Sequence record: OR287805.1
Source of the DNA: Klebsiella phage SEA1f
Length of the DNA stretch: 38,946 nucleotides
Direction: 5' to 3' (one strand)
The position numbers and the translations under genes were made by a program. Positions 36,465-38,946 of the stretch are shown here, one piece after another (position 1 is the first letter of the stretch; every line of letters begins with the position of its first letter). The notes beneath the pieces are model-generated. The model ran no database searches. It had not been told where the DNA came from and was given only the letters and a program-made list of their open reading frames with translations.

Positions 36465-38224
36465 GTAAAGACTTAGTGGCGCGTCAGGCGCTAATGACTG
36501 CACGTATGAAGGCAGACTTCGTGTTCTTCCTGTTCGTCCTATGGAAAGCTCTGTCCCTCCCAGTCCCGACTCGCTGTCAGATTGACATGGCGAAGAAGCT
36601 ATCGGCTGGGGACAACAGGCGCTTCATCCTACAGGCGTTCCGTGGTATCGGGAAGTCCTTCATTACGTGCGCCTTCGTTGTCTGGAAGCTATGGAACAAC
36701 CCAGACTTGAAGTTCATGATTGTGTCGGCCTCAAAGGAACGAGCCGATGCTAACTCCATCTTCATCAAGCGGATCATCGACCTCATGCCTCAGCTTAAGG
36801 AACTCAAACCTAAGCAGGGACAGCGAGATGCAGTTATCAGCTTCGACGTTGGACCAGCCAAGCCAGACCACTCACCTTCGGTTAAGTCAGTTGGTATCAC
36901 TGGTCAGTTGACTGGTAGTCGTGCTGACATCCTGATTGCCGATGACGTTGAGGTTCCGAACAACTCAGCGACTCAGGCTGCACGAGACCGTCTGTCAGAG
37001 CTTGTGAAAGAGTTCGACGCTATCCTGAAGCCGGGAGGTACAATCATCTATCTTGGTACTCCTCAGAACGAGATGACCTTGTATCGTGAGCTGGAAGGCC
37101 GTGGATACACCACTACTATCTGGCCTGCTCGTTATCCACGCGATAAGAAGGACTGGCAGTCTTACGGCGACCGTCTGGCACCGATGCTTCAGGCAGAGCT
37201 TGAAGAGGACCCTGAGGCCTTCTACTGGCGTCCGACCGATGAAGTTCGATTCGATGATACTGACCTGAAGGAACGTGAGCTGTCCTATGGTAAAGCTGGC
37301 TTCGCTCTACAGTTCATGCTTAACCCGAACCTGAGTGATGCCGAGAAGTACCCTCTGAAGCTACGTGACCTTATCGTAGCAGACTTGGACCCAGAGTCCA
37401 GCCCAATGGTCTACCAATGGTTGCCTAACCCTCAGAACAAGCGTGAGGACGTTCCTAACGTTGGACTCATGGGTGACTCATGCCACACGTATCAGACTGT
37501 AGGTTCTGCCTTCAGTTCGTACACCCAGAAGATTCTGGTCATTGACCCTAGTGGTCGTGGTAAGGATGAAACTGGCTATGCGGTACTGTACCAGCTCAAC
37601 GGATACATCTTCGCTATGGAAGTTGGTGGTATGCGTGGTGGCTATGAAGACTCTACGCTTGAAGCACTGGCTAAGATTGGTCGTAAGTGGAAGGTAAACG
37701 AATACGTCATTGAGGGTAACTTCGGTGATGGTATGTACCTTGAGCTATTCAAGCCTGTAGCGTCCCGTATCCATCCTGCTGCTGTAACTGAAGTGAAGAG
37801 TAAGGGTCAGAAAGAACTCCGCATCTGTGACGTTCTGGAGCCTATCATGGGGTCTCACCGACTTATCGTTAACGCTGCTGCTATCGTCCAAGACTACCAG
37901 TCGGCCTCTGATAAGGATGGCGTTCGTAACCCTATCTACTCTCTCTTCTACCAGATGACACGTATCTCTCGTGAACGTGGAGCCTTGGCACACGATGACC
38001 GACTTGATGCGCTGGCTATCGGTGTACAGTTCTTCGTTGAGTCTATGGCTAAGGATGCCAACAAGGGCGAACGTGAAGTCACTGAGGAGTGGCTGGAGGA
38101 ACAGATGGAGAACCCACGGAAAGGCTTCGAGTCCATCCACACTGAGTTCTGGGACAATGGGGTCAGGGTGACTCACGATACGGACGACGAGCTGGGACTA
38201 GGGTCATACGTTACGTTCCACTAG
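36461..38224 (+). CDS. Large terminase subunit gp19.
   Basis: 587 aa. [133 protein letters not shown] start with AAGGAGGTG 5 nt upstream. Confidence 0.97.
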   Translation: MSKDLVARQALMTARMKADFVFFLFVLWKALSLPVPTRCQIDMAKKLSAGDNRRFILQAFRGIGKSFITCAFVVWKLWNNPDLKFMIVSASKERADANSIFIKRIIDLMPQLKELKPKQGQRDAVISFDVGPAKPDHSPSVKSVGITGQLTGSRADILIADDVEVPNNSATQAARDRLSELVKEFDAILKPGGTIIYLGTPQNEMTLYRELEGRGYTTTIWPARYPRDKKDWQSYGDRLAPMLQAELEEDPEAFYWRPTDEVRFDDTDLKERELSYGKAGFALQFMLNPNLSDAEKYPLKLRDLIVADLDPESSPMVYQWLPNPQNKREDVPNVGLMGDSCHTYQTVGSAFSSYTQKILVIDPSGRGKDETGYAVLYQLNGYIFAMEVGGMRGGYEDSTLEALAKIGRKWKVNEYVIEGNFGDGMYLELFKPVASRIHPAAVTEVKSKGQKELRICDVLEPIMGSHRLIVNAAAIVQDYQSASDKDGVRNPIYSLFYQMTRISRERGALAHDDRLDALAIGVQFFVESMAKDANKGEREVTEEWLEEQMENPRKGFESIHTEFWDNGVRVTHDTDDELGLGSYVTFH

Positions 38225-38318
38225 CTGAATGAATAACTATGGGTGAAAGCTGCATGAATACGCGGTTAGTAACCTATAGTTACTACCAGTCTAACCTACT
38301 GTTTTACAAGGAGTTTGG

Positions 38319-38341
38319 ACTTAACTATCACTATAGGGAAG
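38319..38341 (+). promoter_or_regulatory. Phage RNAP promoter near the right end (phiOR-like), +1 G at 38336.
   Basis: acttaactatcactatagggaag. Confidence 0.8.
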
Positions 38342-38520
38342 ACCCCCGGTTACTTATAGTATTACTGTAGTGAATATACATATGCAGACTTTATGCAAGA
38401 CCTTAGGAGGCAGACTCCGAGTTCTTACCTAAGGCTTGCACCGATGGAAGGAGGGTGATATTAATCATAATCCCTCCAATACAGATAGTAAAGACCATAG
38501 ATACAGGAGGTATGTAGCAT

Positions 38521-38679
38521 ATGGCAAAGACCAAAGCTGTACTTAAAGCTCTGGCGACCAATCGAGCTACATACAGGTTTCTTGCTGCTGTTCTACTTGC
38601 TGCTGGCGTTACTGCTGGAAGTCAGTGGGTCGGGTGGGTCGAGACTCTCGTATGCTCTCTGGTGTCTGAGTGTCATTAA
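38521..38679 (+). CDS. gp19.5-like small membrane protein, 52 aa.
   Basis: Not in the ORF track (<60 aa). RBS caggagg 8 nt upstream. TYRFL..VL.A.G....G.........VCS.L resembles T7 gp19.5 (VTYRFLVVLCAALGY...SVVCSIL). Confidence 0.6.
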   Translation: MAKTKAVLKALATNRATYRFLAAVLLAAGVTAGSQWVGWVETLVCSLVSECH

Positions 38680-38921
38680 CGCCGTAATGGTAACAATCAA
38701 CGAAAGTAAGACCTAAGGTCAGTTCATAGCTGACGCTACTCTACTGACCTTAGCTACTGTAGTCAAGGACTTTAGGTAACACCTTAAGAGAAGCTCACTT
38801 AGGGTCATCCTACTTATTGGTCTATCCTAGCGTCGCCTGACCTACGGTCCTTGACCTACAGTGGCCTTGGCCTACAGTAGTGACGATGAGTTTTGGACCA
38901 AAAGTTTGAGACCACATCTCA

Positions 38922-38946
38922 CAGTTCAAGAACCTCAAGTCTCCCC
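38922..38946 (+). repeat. Start of the putative terminal repeat and physical left genome end (TCTCACAG...), 25 nt before the window end.
   Basis: tctcacagttcaagaacctcaagtctcccc joins with the window start ccataggccc to give a T7-like left end. T7 begins TCTCACAGTGTACGGACC...CCCCCATAGGGGG. Confidence 0.55.

Noticed and set aside
38267-38285. 7-bp hairpin (tagtaac-ctata-gttacta) after the terminase gene
   Set aside because: It is short, AT-rich and has no U-tract. Probably insignificant, or at most a weak pause site.

Overview
The window is essentially the whole genome of a T7-like podophage (Autographiviridae, T7/T3 group). All genes are on the + strand and the order is collinear with T7.

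Gene order: left-end repeat array, host sigma70 'A' promoters, ocr (0.3), a small early cassette, phage RNA polymerase (1), 1.1, 1.2, ligase (1.3), early terminator TE, 1.6, 1.7, 1.8, SSB (2.5), endonuclease I (3), amidase/lysozyme (3.5), primase-helicase (4A/4B), DNA polymerase (5), 5.5, 5.7, exonuclease (6), 6.5, 6.7, 7, 7.3, HNH endonuclease (7.7-like), portal (8), scaffold (9), major capsid (10A/10B), Tphi, tail tube A and B (11, 12), internal virion proteins 13 to 16, tail fibre/tailspike (17), holin (17.5), small terminase (18), i- and o-spanins (18.5/18.7), large terminase (19), 19.5.

Eleven phage-RNAP promoters share the consensus TAAACTATCACTATAGG(G)A, which differs from T7, T3, SP6 and K11 at positions -12 to -9.

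Main points for follow-up:
- The window ends and starts inside the terminal repeat, so it is a circular permutation with one collapsed repeat copy.
- The major capsid gene is split by a +1 frame change in mid-gene, while the canonical -1 slippery site for 10B is intact.
- A tRNA-like element with an encoded CCA sits in the gene 4 leader.
- Genes 0.7, 2 and 5.9 are missing; several unrecognised early and middle ORFs occupy those and other positions.
- Gene 17 is a mosaic: a T7-like N-terminal adaptor plus an AT-rich beta-helix C-terminus.
- Gene 16 has a different N-terminal module in place of the canonical lytic transglycosylase.
- A hairpin motif is conserved three times (candidate RNase III sites), and a perfect 12-bp inverted repeat brackets the promoter upstream of gene 13.
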